Shown one piece after another: positions 40,286 through 54,600 of a DNA stretch of 64,000 bases (its first letter is position 1; each line of letters starts with the position of its first letter). Below the pieces are notes generated by a model. The model made no database searches. It was not told the DNA's origin and saw only the letters and a list, made by a program, of their open reading frames with translations. The stretch is taken from NCBI RefSeq assembly GCF_032062105.1, contig NW_026936117.1, positions 620,001 to 684,000 of the forward strand. Reading direction: 5' to 3'. Source of the stretch: Saccostrea cucullata (Eukaryota). Made by a program: the position numbers and the translations under genes.

Positions 40286-41344
40286 CTATAGTAAGAGGGC
40301 GTCTGTTTCATTCATACTTCTTAACTCCTTCGATCCTCTACATTTGTGATAAATCTCAACTATTTTGCGAAGCGATTCCTTTCTCAAGACAATGTACAAC
40401 CAAGGATCAATAATTGCATTTAGGACAGTCAGTCGAAGAAGCCATAACTCGATTTCGTTGTTTTCGTTGTTTCTGAGGTTTAAGGCATGCAGGAATATAT
40501 CAACCTAAGAATGAAATCACATAAAAAGATTTAATTTTATTCAAAATTTTATCGGAAGGGTTTAACATCGTTAAATAATGATATAACTTACCACAAGAGG
40601 GGTCCAGAGAAAAACAAATACGACGGTAACAGCGCTTATAAAAATGATCACGTGAGAGTCATAAAATCCGGAAACAACACTGGTGTCCAGAAGGTTTCCT
40701 CTTTGTACTGGATCTCTGCATATCCGGTACATTGTGAGAGTGTTAATGGTTAAAGTACCCAAAATGATAAGAAAGCCTATAATGGAATACAGGTACGCCA
40801 TGACTCGGTTTCCCGTAGTATCATCAATAAAATCAAAATAACACCAGGATCCCGGGAAATACATATTACTCCGCCCAACTCCAATTAAATGTAAACAAGA
40901 TATCAGGCTAGATAGAATCCATATTCCAATGAGGATAAGTGTATAGTTCCTGTTTGTAATGAAAACTGAATTTCTGAGATGCATGAACCGGTCAACAGAC
41001 ATGGCACAGATAATTAAAGCTGCAGACAAATGAGCGTCGACGAAGACGAAGGAAGTGAATTGACAAAGTGGCTTCGGGTAGCACCACTTGAAATGGGTAG
41101 CATACCTGTGCATCACAAACGGATATACCAGGAATATCCCCATAAAGTCCGTGATTACTAGACCAGTGAAGAGTTTGAAGAAGGAAAACCATTGATGTTC
41201 TCGGCGGTTGATCCAGAGAAGAATAAAGGCGATGATATTACCAGTGATTCCAAAGAAATATTCCAATCCAGCAGGCACCCATTGAGTCTGGGTATCATTT
41301 CTATAGCATATAGGGTAGTCATACTTTGGAGAAGACGAATTCAT
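40286..41344 (-). CDS. Prostanoid (prostaglandin) receptor-like class A GPCR, copy 1
   Basis: Exon 1 41344-40592 and exon 2 40504-40286. G..GN..A in TM1, L..TD in TM2, YFPGSWCY in ECL2 (prostanoid PG[TS]WC), LLRLTVLNAIIDPWLYI in TM7 (prostanoid Arg and DPW.Y). Intron at the end of TM6, as in prostanoid receptor genes. Confidence 0.9.
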
Positions 41345-42133
41345 GCTGAACCATCTAAACAGTTCAACTGAAATACTGCATAATAACATAAAGATAACAT
41401 ACACATTTTAAATAATGATATCTAATCTGACAAAATATTGTTCTGTACATCAACTTTATCGACGGAATAAAATTAGAAAAAAACATGTTTGGCCAAAACA
41501 TGCCTTTGAACTAAGCAGACATGAAATGTTTCTTATCATTGCGGTAACTGACTATATTGTCCTATGAAATTCACACACTGATTACATATACGAAAAACTT
41601 TCAGACAGCCATATTAATTATCCGTAAAAACATCTAATAATAGATACATAAATAAACATATTAAGAAATACATAACTTTTTGCTTTATGGTGCGTCAATC
41701 AATACTCAAGTTTCGAGATTATCTCCCTTGATGCGCTCTTTCGTTGAGAAGGGGAGTTTCGTTGCCGCGTAAACAGAGAGGTGGGACAGATATTTATATA
41801 TTTCCATTTCTAATTTTTTTCCTCTGTGATAACTCTTAAAAAGTTAGGGGTAGTTTATTTCTTGATAATTCTGCCGGAATGCAAATTAGGCAGGTCGATA
41901 GGTCGGGAGCTAAGGAGGCTTAATACGCATGCAATTCTCGTGCGCATCTGTCTTTGTGTCTGACGCTAAGGAGGCCAAATATGCATGTAGATCTCGTGCG
42001 GCTGCCTTTGTGTTTGACGTCAGTTGGCGAGGACTATTGAAATTGGCATGGAAGTCCTCATGTGATTTAAATCTATTAATCTACATTTTAAAAGTCTAAA
42101 TCTACAATTTTATTTCACAATGAAATGGAAATA

Positions 42134-42263
42134 TAAGGAATCACTGTCTAGTTAGTTTAGTATGCCAGGGACATCAACGATAGTGGGAAACATGGGATAA
42201 TTTTTGCATTCCAACTATCGTTGATGCCCTAGCATACTACACTAACTAGACAGTGATTCCTTA
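42134..42263. repeat. 130-bp fold-back element
   Basis: taaggaatcactgtctagttagt..catcaacgatagt / actatcgttgatg..actaactagacagtgattcctta. Confidence 0.9.
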
Positions 42264-42940
42264 AACATTGGATACATTGCATCTTCGATATACTGGTTTA
42301 TCATACATGTAACTACATGACTGTCAGGATGCACTTTACAGCTCGAGAAAAACCGAATTAATGTAAAGGCACAATTTTTAAAGCAAAAAAAAAAAAAAAA
42401 AAAAAAAATCGTAACGAAAAAGAAAATATCAGTGGATGTGATCCTTTTCAGACGAGGGAAGAGAAATAGATCTCTAATAAATACGGTACACATGTATCTG
42501 ATCATTGCACGTCGGCAATCTAAATGACATATTGATTCTTTTCCTTATTGTAACTTAAAAAAAAGCACAAACTTTTTAGAAAATGTTTGTATAATCAAGA
42601 AAATCGGTTACCTTTTATAAAGACTACCGACGTTTCTTTCGTTTTCAAGTACCCTATAATTGAAGGTAGATTTGTAAATATGCATAGTTGAGCTTGATAA
42701 AACCATCAAATGCATCACTGCTTAACATTATTATCTTTCAATAACATTTAATGAATTTTAAAAGCCCTAAATATCGTTCATTTATTTATGCACGTTTGTA
42801 TACAGAAACAACCTGTCCCACCTCCATGTTGAAATGAATACTTTTTGTGCCTCTCTCATAGGAGAGTTACAATCTGGAAACTTGTAAGTAATAATTTGCT
42901 GAAAAGTCGGCGGCTCAGTGTATTACTTAGCAACCCACAT

Positions 42941-43095
42941 CATGCGCGGATCTAGAGGGGGGTGTGTGTGTCCGGATTCCCCCTAACCCCCCTTTGAATT
43001 GTTAGAGTTATTAAATCAACTTTTAATCAAGTAAAAAGTTACCTTGCACCCTCCCTATAAAACACAGACACCGCCCCCCCCCCCCCCCCCCCCCC

Positions 43096-43166
<71 letters not shown>

Positions 43167-43294
43167 TGAAATAGATTTCCACATTTTGGCGAGATAAGGT
43201 GTTTTTTTATTTGGCTTGTCAACAAATTTCTGGCTTGGATTTTTCACTTGAGTGGACCCCCCTCCCGGAAAAAAAAATCCTGGATACGCGCCTG
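42941..43294. mobile_element. hAT-like MITE (possibly two fused halves) containing a ~95-nt poly-C run
   Basis: catgcgcggatctag / ctggatacgcgcctg termini; poly-C at ~43071-43165. Confidence 0.6.
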
Positions 43295-44289
43295 CAAATG
43301 GACAAATAAGTTCTGTCACATGCTGAGCAAATTTATGAAATACATTTAATGATTAATTTTCAATTAGAAAAGGAATAGAAGGTATTTTTATTCGCGATCG
43401 ATGTTATTAGAGATGTTCTGATTTTCCCTATATATATATTTTTTTTATTAATTTTAATGATGAAGTTTGAAGAAATTCATGCATGGTTAAATATAAATTA
43501 CTTTGAGAATTCAGAGATATTTTTGTAAGCATTTTCAGTTATAGAAGGCCTGCTTTTTGGAACTCGAGGATCGGACTACCTTAAGTATAGTTCTTTTAGA
43601 ACGAATGCATTGGTTTTAATTATTTAATTTTTAAAAATTTATGCGACAACTTAAGCAAAGCAAGAGATGCTAGAATGCGGATAAGAGTAACTTGTTCATG
43701 ATGCCTGGGCATATATATAACTTTATCTCTCGCTGATCTACAACGACCTGCCTCTTAGTTATCAATATGTATACATAAACATAACCTGATAAGAAAGATC
43801 AATATTTTGATTCGTAGAAAGAGGACCAATGAAATTATTCAAAACGATGCAATACCCCAATAAAAAACATATCACTTGAAGATTAAATACTCATTACATG
43901 AAAACTAGTACAGACTTGACTAAAGGTTGCAAATGGGTGATCTAAATACGAGTAGATCAACACACAACAACATAAATATAGCAAAGTACAGTTAAAACTG
44001 GCACCTTGTATGTAAGGTAGTTTAAGGTTCACAGGTGGATTGAAAATGTTCGAAACACTGATCGTATTGTCATAAGTTTTCTGAACTTTTCATTTAGATT
44101 TCGGTATCAAAAATTTTTTTTTCATAATATTTCACATGTTCAGAAAGATCGGTATAGAAGCCAATAAAGGACTTATCGTGAAATTTTATTTTTGAATTTG
44201 ATACATTCGACACTTTCAAAAATTGCGAATGATAATTTAATTAGAAAATTCGTTACAAGAAATTTTGATGTGTAAATAACGGCTTAATA

Positions 44290-45770
44290 TTTAGTATGCA
44301 AAACGTCAGTCTGCACATGACTTATTGCTAGATTGTATTTGCTGACCAAAGTCCTCACGAAATAATGACTTTAAATGGGGCTTCTTGTTTCACCAACTTG
44401 TGTGTCAATATCTTACCTCTTTTCAAGAATAGTTCATACGTAGAGCATGTCCTTAGGTATCGAATCAACTGAGAGATATAAACTCCATATACTGGTGATA
44501 AAGGTTTGATACATAAGTAAGGAAAGTTGACAATTGAAGAGTTAATGTTATCATCATGATGTTTATCTAAATTCTTTGTTCTAAGATTACCATTGACGTT
44601 GTTTGAGTAAAATATTCCTTTTTTCAACATTTATTTCCCAGACTTATAACAATGAACAATTGATATGTAGGGCAGCTGCCATGGATGGGGCCCTGACTAA
44701 GCTCCCTCTATAAAATACATAATAGTAAGCCCTAAAGCACCACGCAAGGTGCTTTATTTTTTAAATACAAAGTCACAAACAATTATACATCTAATACAAT
44801 GCACAGGTATATCAATTAAGTTGTATTGCATATAAATCAAATAATATATACATGTATGTATATATAAATATGTAATCAATTTTAGTGAGAATGTACAATA
44901 TAATGTATAACTGTGAAAAGATCACATTGTATTTTATTTAAATCAGTAGTGAGGAAAACAGGTAACAGTTAATCGAAGTCTGTTAACATATCTAATGTTA
45001 ATTTTAAATCACTGTTAAAGTTGCTCTTATCTTTTCTTAAAAGTTGAAAGATTGATTTAATTTCTTTCTTGAAGTCTTTCAAGAGTACTGTATTGAAGTA
45101 GTAATATTTTTATTTTTAAAATATTCATTTATGAAATAGATGTGTCAGACTCTATGATATCGTTTATTTCAAACTCACCGGGATATATCGTATAGTCATA
45201 AGAAAGGAAATAACCATTGTTAATAGACATTACGTCGTCGATATATCTAATTATCGAGCTGTAGACCGTAGCAAGTGTTTTCTTTTTTTTTTCTTATAAG
45301 ATTCTGAACAAATTCTGCTTCATATGTATAAAAATGATTCTGCTAAAAAAGGGGCGCACTATTGGTTTCCATGGGGATTCCAACAGAATGTTGCAAGACC
45401 TAGTCTAAAAAAACCAAAAAGATATTGTCAATTAGGAACTCAGGTATCTTTTCAATATCAACTACAGAGAACTTGTGTGTATAATTAGATTTTTTAATCA
45501 ATAAAGTAATTTTGCAAATGACCATTGACAAGGTAAGCAAATTTATGAGTTCCATTTTTATTGAAAAAAGCAGCTGTTAATGACGGAAAAATGCATTGAC
45601 TTTATTTTGTTTTAGGAATTGTTGTAAATAATATAAAAGTTGAAAAAGTGGTAAGTTTTCATGTCATTGGTATTGTGATTTCAAATTTTCCAAAAATTCC
45701 TTGGTGTCCACATCTGATTTTCACTACTTCTGAAACACATTGTTGCAAATGAGTGTCTTTATTCATAAAG
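44290..45770 (-). mobile_element. Penelope-like retroelement reverse transcriptase relic, interrupted by a ~0.5 kb insertion (~44625-45100)
   Basis: Reverse-strand motifs EFLIDNI (~45430), VGIPM.TN.AP (~45370), RYIDD (~45240) and IVNFPYL...P.YGVYISQLIRY.R.CS (ORF 44355-44630). Confidence 0.8.
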
Positions 45771-47101
45771 TTAACATTAAATCCTTTTATAACGGATAAT
45801 GACTCATTTCGAACTTATTTGTGATAAAACATTACAGAGGTTATGCAAACATTTTAAGCAATTTAAAATTTTCGTTCCATTTTTTTGTAATATTAGAATG
45901 CAACATATGATGACATTGATTGATTATTGAATTATGATTTTCGGTTGTCAATAAAAGTATTTTTGTAAAACACTTTTAAATAATACAGTACTGAAACTGT
46001 GATAATGAATAAAAGAAACACGGTCTAAAGTATCAATGCTAGAACAATTAAGAATCTATTGTTTGCTGTATTTGCCTTGGCCTTTAAATGATCAATGTAT
46101 AACAATTACTCTGGCCACATGTAAAAAGTTTTACCCGAACTCACATTAAAGGCTATTGTCCAGTTTTTAATCTCCTTTACTGTTGATGTCACCTTGATGA
46201 TGACATGTGCAGCCAGGTTTACAGGACTCTAGAAAAGGGTTAACCCACATTGCCAATAATTTTGCCAGTAGATAATTAACTGCATAAAAGAAAGCAGAAT
46301 TAAATATTTTTGAGTACATAGTTTAAACTTTACGTTAGATTTAAGGTAATTGAGATGATGTTTTTCCTCTCAAGAAACATGACCATTTTACCTGTTAGGT
46401 TGTTGTAGGTTGTTGTATTCTCCTTAGGAAGTATTTTAAAGAAATTAATTTATTATAACAAAATCGTATAGTTTGTAATTACGAATCAAAAAGAAAACTG
46501 TGAAAATAAATCAGATCTTTTAAATGAATTCTTAATTTTTCATAAAGAATTATATTCGATTGAAAATCATTTAATATTCAGCCACTTATATTCTTGAAGG
46601 GGAACACATGTTTTTATTGAAAACAATCTATTTAAATTGTCATTTACAACCTTGTCTTGAAGTCTATGTGTCTGTGTGCTCAGATTTATAAAAAGTGCGT
46701 AGTCTATGGGATCAAATTCTTTTGCTAAAAATCAATAACATGTGCAATAAACAATAAACATGCATGAGGTCATCAAATTTAGTTGCTTTGCTTGATTGTT
46801 TCATTTTAAAAATAAATATCATAAATATCAGGTTAATTACGTCCTTGTCATTTATTTTTACAAATTAAAAGCAAATGAAAATGGGTTATCAGAATGACAC
46901 TATCTAACGTGTACAATGAAGTTCAATTCAGCATGCTTTAATCATTTTGCACAATGTTTATTATCAATGAGGATGTTGATACGACCAGAAACTCTGTAAA
47001 ATTATATAATCTCCTGTATTATTACCTGGCTATTTTCATTTATGATAGAGGATACAACAGCATACATATAAAGGTATCTTTTGAGAAACAGATGGTACAA
47101 A

Positions 47102-50000
47102 ATGCACGGAATTTCAATGGAAAACCAGACGATTGTTCCATACAACGACTGTAAAAACTCGGAAACGGCATCGTGGGTTCCCCCCGCCTTAGAGTTCTTT
47201 TTCGGTATTCTTGGAAATGTCATCGCAGTACTCCTAGTATGGATAAATCGGAAGGATCATCGATGGTCATCTTTCTACAAAATGTTTACAGCATTAGCAG
47301 TCACAGATTTTATGGGAATCTTACTAACTTATCCTTTCATCATCAAGAGATATACTTCTCGGTTCACATACTGTTTTTCACCCGATGTATGTAAATTTAC
47401 CGCCTTTGTTATGGTGGATACTCATTTAGCTTCTGCTATGTTGATCGCTGCTCTCTCTGTAGATAGATTAATTGTTTTGAAGAATCCTTCACTTTTAAGG
47501 GCCCCGCATGCTAAGAAAAGGTACAAAGTCATTGTGGTGTTTATATGGATAACTTCCTCAGTGATATCCATGTTGCAACTGGTTGGTGTTGGTTCAGTTA
47601 GCTTGTATTATCCCGGATCATGGTGCTATTTCAATTTCAAAGAACCCACTGGTGGTGATCTGATTATGTCATACCTTTACTCAGTAATAGGCTTATTAAT
47701 CATATTCATAACATTGATTTCAAACGTCGTTACATTGCGCAAAGTTTGCATTGATCCCTTTGCCAAAGGAACTCTTCTAGATTCGAACCTCGTTTCCGGT
47801 TACTACGACCACCACGTGATGATTTTCATCCTGGCAGTTACAGTGTCGTTCGTAGCAACGTGGAGTCCACTAATTGTACGTACAAAGTCTATACGTAAAA
47901 TTTACAATTTATGCTTGTGCTTTATATTTTTTTCTTTAAGTTAAGGATCAGATAACCCCTGAGTTTATATTTTTTATTCATGAAACATTTGTACACTGAA
48001 AGAAAAACCTAGTGAATTTAACTAGTGTGTTTCGTAAAGCGTTGGTCGTGATTAGTAAACTTTCAGTTTACTGGTTAAGATAGTGAGTTGTGGAGCGGGG
48101 GTCGTATAGATACTTAGATACCTAGTGAAAGTTACTCATTAAATTCTAAATTTACTAATCTTATCTAGTAAATATACCAATATCTGGTAAAACTACTATT
48201 AAGGTAGTGATTGTATGGACAGTGAATCTACTAGTTTTCCTCGTGACATTAATTAGTAATTTTTTTTTTACAGTGCATGTACCTTGTTCAAATTATTTTC
48301 TCGGAGGTCTTCATATATACGTGACTATGTACATGTTTCTTCAGATGTTATGAACAAAATTTGAAGAAAAAAAAATACTTCACAATTTTCTATTGACAAA
48401 TTATATATGTATTATTTAAAAAGGTGGAGATATTTAACAATGATCTATCTTATAAAATCTTTGGTATCCATCTCCTTTTGTATTTTTCACTTTCAAAACT
48501 TTCACACAGAATTTGTTTGTTATTTTGTATGTGTCTGTATTTGTGCTTTCTGTGAAAGAAAAAACACAAAAAGCAATATTTCTTCTGACTTCGTTCTTGG
48601 GGGCATAAAATAGAATTTTATGAATAACTGTAAAACAGATTTTAAGTGTATTCGTAAATTAACCCATATATAATTATATAATCAAGGCAATAATTACAGG
48701 AAATTAGGATAGTCTAAGTTCAACAATTACAAATACATTTGTTTTTTGCTTGCTTATCGTCATTGCATACATTCTAGGTTGTATTTTGTAAAAAAAAAAA
48801 AAAATAAAAAAATAATAATAATAATAAAAATATATTTTTTTAAATTCATCTTTTAAGTCGAGGATCATTTTTTTCTGTTTTACTTTGATTTTAAGTCATA
48901 AATTGAACAAACATAAACTAGCGCTTAGAGGAATGCTAATTAACAGATAGATTCATGTTGCGTCCAAGATAATATTTTAAATATTCTTTTGAAGACTGAT
49001 AATCCTTCCAAGGCTTTTATTCTGATTAGGCACTGGGATTATGAAATAAGAATACATAATTAAATACTCATTAATAATGAAGTAATCGTCTAAATTACGG
49101 TCTATTATTTGTTTGTTCAAGTTATATTTTCATAGTTGAATAAAAAAACTTTGAATATTAATGCTCCCATCCTCACCTACTTTAATTGATCATTGATTTT
49201 AAATGTTTGTTTTCTAAAGTTTTTACAAATATTAACTTTTACCTGTCTTTTTTAGGCTTGAAAATAGGAGATAGTAATCAATGTATTTGTATTTTTCTCG
49301 CGATCTTTATCTCTAGTGCTGTTGGGATGCGTATAATTATTCTAAAATACTGATCGTAATCTTGTAAAACATTAAAAGCAGGAATAATTTTTTTGTCTTA
49401 TTGTCAAAAGATTAAAATTCGTAGTGCTTTCCATATGCATGTTCCTCGATTCCCTATTGTTTTCAATATATTTACTTTAAAACGCAACGATACTTGTAAA
49501 TCTTTGATAACAAGCATGTCCGTTGTATGTTAAAAGATGTAGAAAATATCAAATTATATGTTGTTATATCAAAGGCTAAAACAATTTACATATAGTCTTT
49601 TTTGCTTGACTTTGTAGTTTTTATTGCATTAAAATTTTGCTAAAAACATCAATCAGTGCTTCTAAGAACAGTTATATGTATGAAACTTAGTAACTTATTT
49701 GATTGAATGATTCTTAATTAGCTGTGATTTATGAGTTTGAAAAAGCATAAATTCCCCTCCAATTTTTCCGCTGAGAGTTTTTTTTTTAAATTTTAGGTTG
49801 ATATTTTTCTACACGCTGCAGGACAAAGAACGGGCGCTGGGAGACTGGAGTTATGGTTCGTTCGGTTGACGTTCCTGAATGCTATCATCGATCCCTGGTT
49901 GTATATAATTCTCAGAAAAGAGTCCGTCACAAAACTGGTGTCTTTATGCAGATTACTTGGAAGTCAAAGACCATCTGAACAGGAATCACTGCTAGAATGA
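47102..50000 (+). CDS. Prostanoid receptor-like class A GPCR, copy 2
   Basis: Exon 1 47102-47875 and exon 2 49797-50000. YYPGSWCY and FVRLTFLNAIIDPWLYI motifs; same intron position as copy 1. The start could instead be the ATG at 47117. Confidence 0.9.
47994..48275. mobile_element. CACTG-ended MITE in the GPCR2 intron
   Basis: cactgaaagaaaaacctagt / attagtaatttttttttacagtg termini with internal actag/ctagt repeats. Confidence 0.6.
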
Positions 50001-51696
50001 TTTAAAATCTATGTATTCCTTAAAGAATATATTGAAGACCTTAAAATGTTAATTCAAATGAAAAAAAAATCAATGTTTTTCTTAAATGATTATTAGATTC
50101 AGATACTTTACATAGTTATTATGCATTGTTCTATGCAGATGTTTAATGCTCTTTTGTATGGAACTGCTATTTAATAATTCTTTAATATGCCTTTATATTG
50201 TCATTTTCATTGAACGATGCATTGCGATTATATTTATGTATATTCTTCATGAAATTTTAACAACCTCATTTATATAAGATCTTGAATTCTTTGGTCGTTG
50301 TAATGATGCTGTTTGGAAATAAAATCATTTTATTCGTTAAGCTGAGAAAACTGAGTCTTGAATCTCTTTGTAAACAGTATAGTGGTCATTTAAAATTGAG
50401 GAAATGCAACAGAAACAATTATTTAATCATATTTTGACAAACAAGTGTAATTCCAATTGTAAGGCTATTGCTTATAATTTTAATTTGACTTTGGTTTATT
50501 TTCATCTACCCCATTCATTCCCGGCAGGTATGACCGGTCGACAGGGGATGCTTATTCTTCCTTGGTAGCTCATCCCGCCTCTGGAATTTCCATGGGTCCA
50601 TGCTTTATGCCACGATCACAAATTTGTATTTTATAGCCTTTTTGTGACACATGTAGATCACTTTTTGTAATTTTCACCTTTTTAAACCATTTACCTGTAG
50701 TCATTATTTGTACCACACCTTGAAAGTTGATGTTTTTCATTGACAGGTTTATTGTGACTAGGGTCTGTTGACCTATCGGTGTTTATGTCATTAGATTGTA
50801 AGACATATTTATTAAAACTTATCATTGGATAATATTATAATAGAATTAAAAATAAATAAATTTAAACATTGTCAGAAATTAAAATAATTTTAATGTCTTC
50901 TACACTTGATATCGACTCTTTTTCTTGTATACATGTAATGTAATGAGATAGTGATAAGTCTGATTTAGAATATACTAGAAATAGGTTTAGATTAAGGATC
51001 CCTAGAAGCTTTGTTCTCAAGTGAAGTTTTAAGCCAAGAAGGACAGGATAAATCATATTGATATGAAAGAAGCATCTCCATGTAGCATATAGTTGAATTT
51101 GTTTAAACTATGACATCAATAGTGGTAAGACTTTATGAACATTAAATTTTCTCGGTAAGAGATACTGAAAATCTGCACAAAAACTACAGACATTTTTATG
51201 TGGAACCATGAGGGTCAGGTAAAGGGTCATTTAAAAAAAAAATATTCTATTGGATGTTTATAACAGACATTCCTATTCAAAATGAAAAGGGGTAAAAGAC
51301 ATCAAACTGATTAAAACAGCCTGTTGTAGTTACTGTACTGCATATTCAACTTATTTCAATTCTTGACCACATGGAGTTATGCAAGGACCTTAGAATAGGG
51401 TAAAAATTTGGGGAAGATAAAGAAAATCTTAACGTCTGGAAAAAGCAGTTTTTCTGTTAATCATGGCTGGGCTTATTTTTTGTCGCAGAGTAACTTGTTT
51501 AACCGTGTTCCCTAAAAAGGAAGGTGAAATATAAAATAAAAATATTCCGTATCCAAATAGCTTCCTTTCTCTCTAATATTGAAATTGAAAAGCATGAAAA
51601 CAAAGAAGGTCGAGTTTAATTACGTTTTTAAAAAATCCGCATGTTAAATTTAATAAAAATTCAGGATATTGTAATGGTTTCTCTTTGATCAATTCT

Positions 51697-54600
51697 TTAT
51701 CCAAATGCAATCTGTGTTACTTGATGGTCGTCTGAAAAAAAAAAGAGAGTCGAAAATATAATTATTTCTATAACAATCTGTAACGAAATCAGTCTTAAAA
51801 CTATAAAACATGTTTTTTCAAAGAAATCTATCACTTTAAGAAGGAAATAAACAAACCTGTAACGTGGATTGTAATATCCTTCCTTGCAGAATCAATCACC
51901 AGGTTTTCGCGGTGAATTGTAGTTCCATTATGCTTAACCAGCAGTTGGTAGTCTCCTTTAAACACACTGGTATGTAACACGTGACCGGAAGTAATTGTAT
52001 GGGTATAATCTGTCCACCATGTCTTCTTTACCAAATCTAAATATTTTTGTCCAGCAGCATTTGCCTGTAAAAGGCAATTTGCAACTTTGACCTTAACACA
52101 AATTGCACTACAGTAGTACGCATGCACAATTTTTATTGACTGATTGTTCGTTATGTTCTTTTACGCCCCGTTCGAAAACATCCCGATGAAGGGCTTCAAA
52201 TTTAGACCTTTACTCGATCGGCATGCATGTCCAGGGTCATTGAGCAGTGAAGGATTTTTATTGTTCCAACCTTGTTATTTCGGCTTGTATCGTCCGAAGG
52301 ACCCGCAATTTTTACTTCAAAGTGCCGAAAGTTAGCGAAGGAATTGTTGATGCCATTTTTTTAAAATATTGAGATCAGTACCTGCCGAGGCTTGAACGCA
52401 CGACCTTTCAATCACGGAGCGAGCGCTCAACCGAATGAGCAGCCGTGTGGATTCTTACCGTTATAGATGGTCCAGTAAATAGTGATCTCTCCTGATCACG
52501 TATGGCACCATCCCAGAATCCCCACAACAGAACGCCTTCTACCGCAGGGTGACTGAAATACAGAGTTAGAAGCTCCTCCAAAGCCGCTGCCTTCTTGGTG
52601 CTGTTTGATTCAAAAATCGTCATCTCTGTGATCCAAATCTTCAGTCCAGCTTCTGCTACTTTATCCAATCTGTACTACAAAGACAAAATATACCCTATAT
52701 CTGATCTGCATTTAATACATAGCTTTTCAGATATTACATAATATTAATTTCACATTTGTGCAGGGTTATTTTGAATTGAAGAATTCAATTTTTAAATATA
52801 AAAACCGTTTATTTCCTATTCAGATTTCTGATATTTTACCGCATTTGATATACAAGTTTCGAGAAAATTACGATTTAGATATTGTTTGTATTGAATGATG
52901 AACTTCATACTATACAACTTATAATTAAGCAATCTGTATATGCACCTTAATTATATCCTTGTGGATCTGAGAAGTCTTGAAGTGACTCTGAATACCTATT
53001 CCATACAACGGAACTCTGTCTTTTAGTAGCTGTAGTGCCTGGTTCTTTAGAGCCTTCAGAAATTTAAATTAATTCATTTAATGTTTAAAGCCAAGGCTTC
53101 ATATCTTTATACACATTATTTAAAATTCAGGGGAAATAAAATTAGAATCACCGTAGTGAAAAGATTTGAAGTTACAATCTTGTAGTCATTAAGGAACAGT
53201 TTTGATTGGGGCTGAGCGACGTGAAGCCAGTGGAACATTTTTTGGATGATATCAGGGTCACCAGTGTGTTTCTCAAAGTAGCGTCCATGTAATGCTTCGT
53301 TATAAACATCCCAGTGATCTAAACTATGTTTCAAGAAAAGTACCAAGTTTATAAATGCACCTCTTCTAAAAAATGAATTTGTAAGAAAAAAATCATTTGA
53401 ATAATTTTTTTTTCAGAAAACAATTATTTAATTGTAACTCCAAACGTACGTTCCATTAGTATGTGACGCAATGTCATTGATGTGTCTCTTCATTTCATTG
53501 ATGTAACATGTGTGGGACTTTCCTAATAACCACTTTGGTGAATGTCTGTCTACCGCCCAAAATAAGTTATGCCCCCTTACATGCAATCTAGAAACATTAA
53601 AATATTTCTTAATACAAGGTGACGGTTTCCTTAAACAAACAATACACACGTATTAAAAGAAAAAAAACCCCTTTTTACCCATATGACACAAATCTTAAAG
53701 GAAAGGAAGATAGCATACGAGGACTGTTCAATAAATAATGTCCTGAACAGTATGACATACAATACAGATATCATATGACATTAAGCTTGACGCTATCTCA
53801 TTATTGAATCTTTAATGAATATATAACCGTTTATGTGACCACTTTTCATCACATAGTTTCATTGTGAGAAGCTGGAAAACAAGGGCTATTCGAGACACTG
53901 CATTATAAATGAATGGTAAAGAATCAGTAAACTAAAGTGAAAATAAAAGCTTCATTAAAGCTGCTGTAAAACTTGTTAAAAATCCCAAAGAAATATTTAC
54001 TGAAATATGTGAAATTTACAGCAATCAAAGCCTGTTTTATAGACAAATGAGCAGGTGGATTTCAATGATAAAAAATTATATAATTGGCATCAAAAATGGG
54101 TACCGTCCTTGCCAACAAAAAATTATAACAACTTATGTACTGTTTGCCTAATTTCAACAAATGATATTTGATGATGTATGATTGACTTTAAGACACATAG
54201 CAAATTTGATAGACATCATTTCGGGAGTAGTTTACACTGTTTTTAAGAAACGTTTGACCGTAAAAAAGCTTAGTACTCAAAGGTCACCCTATAATTTAAA
54301 AAATGAGTGAAAACGACAGCGTGTACGAATGTCTTAACAATTTTTTTTAAATATCAGTAATTGTACTTATCCACATTTGTTTGAAATTCAAACAGATAAT
54401 GAAACTTGAATCTATTGCTTAAAACCCTCAAAACAAAATTTACCATAAGATGTACTTGACAAAAACAGCGAAGATCTGACAAGCGCAAAGAATTGCAAGA
54501 GCACAAAGACATATTTATATGCAATTTTCTTAAATTTCAGTGGTATTGTTGTTCAAATTCATATTCGGGGAGACAGTTTAATTTGTGGAGGATTCTTTAA

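Noticed and set aside
43023-43319. Poly-glycine ORF
   Set aside because: Arises from a poly-C run inside a MITE; the homopolymer length may be a sequencing artefact.
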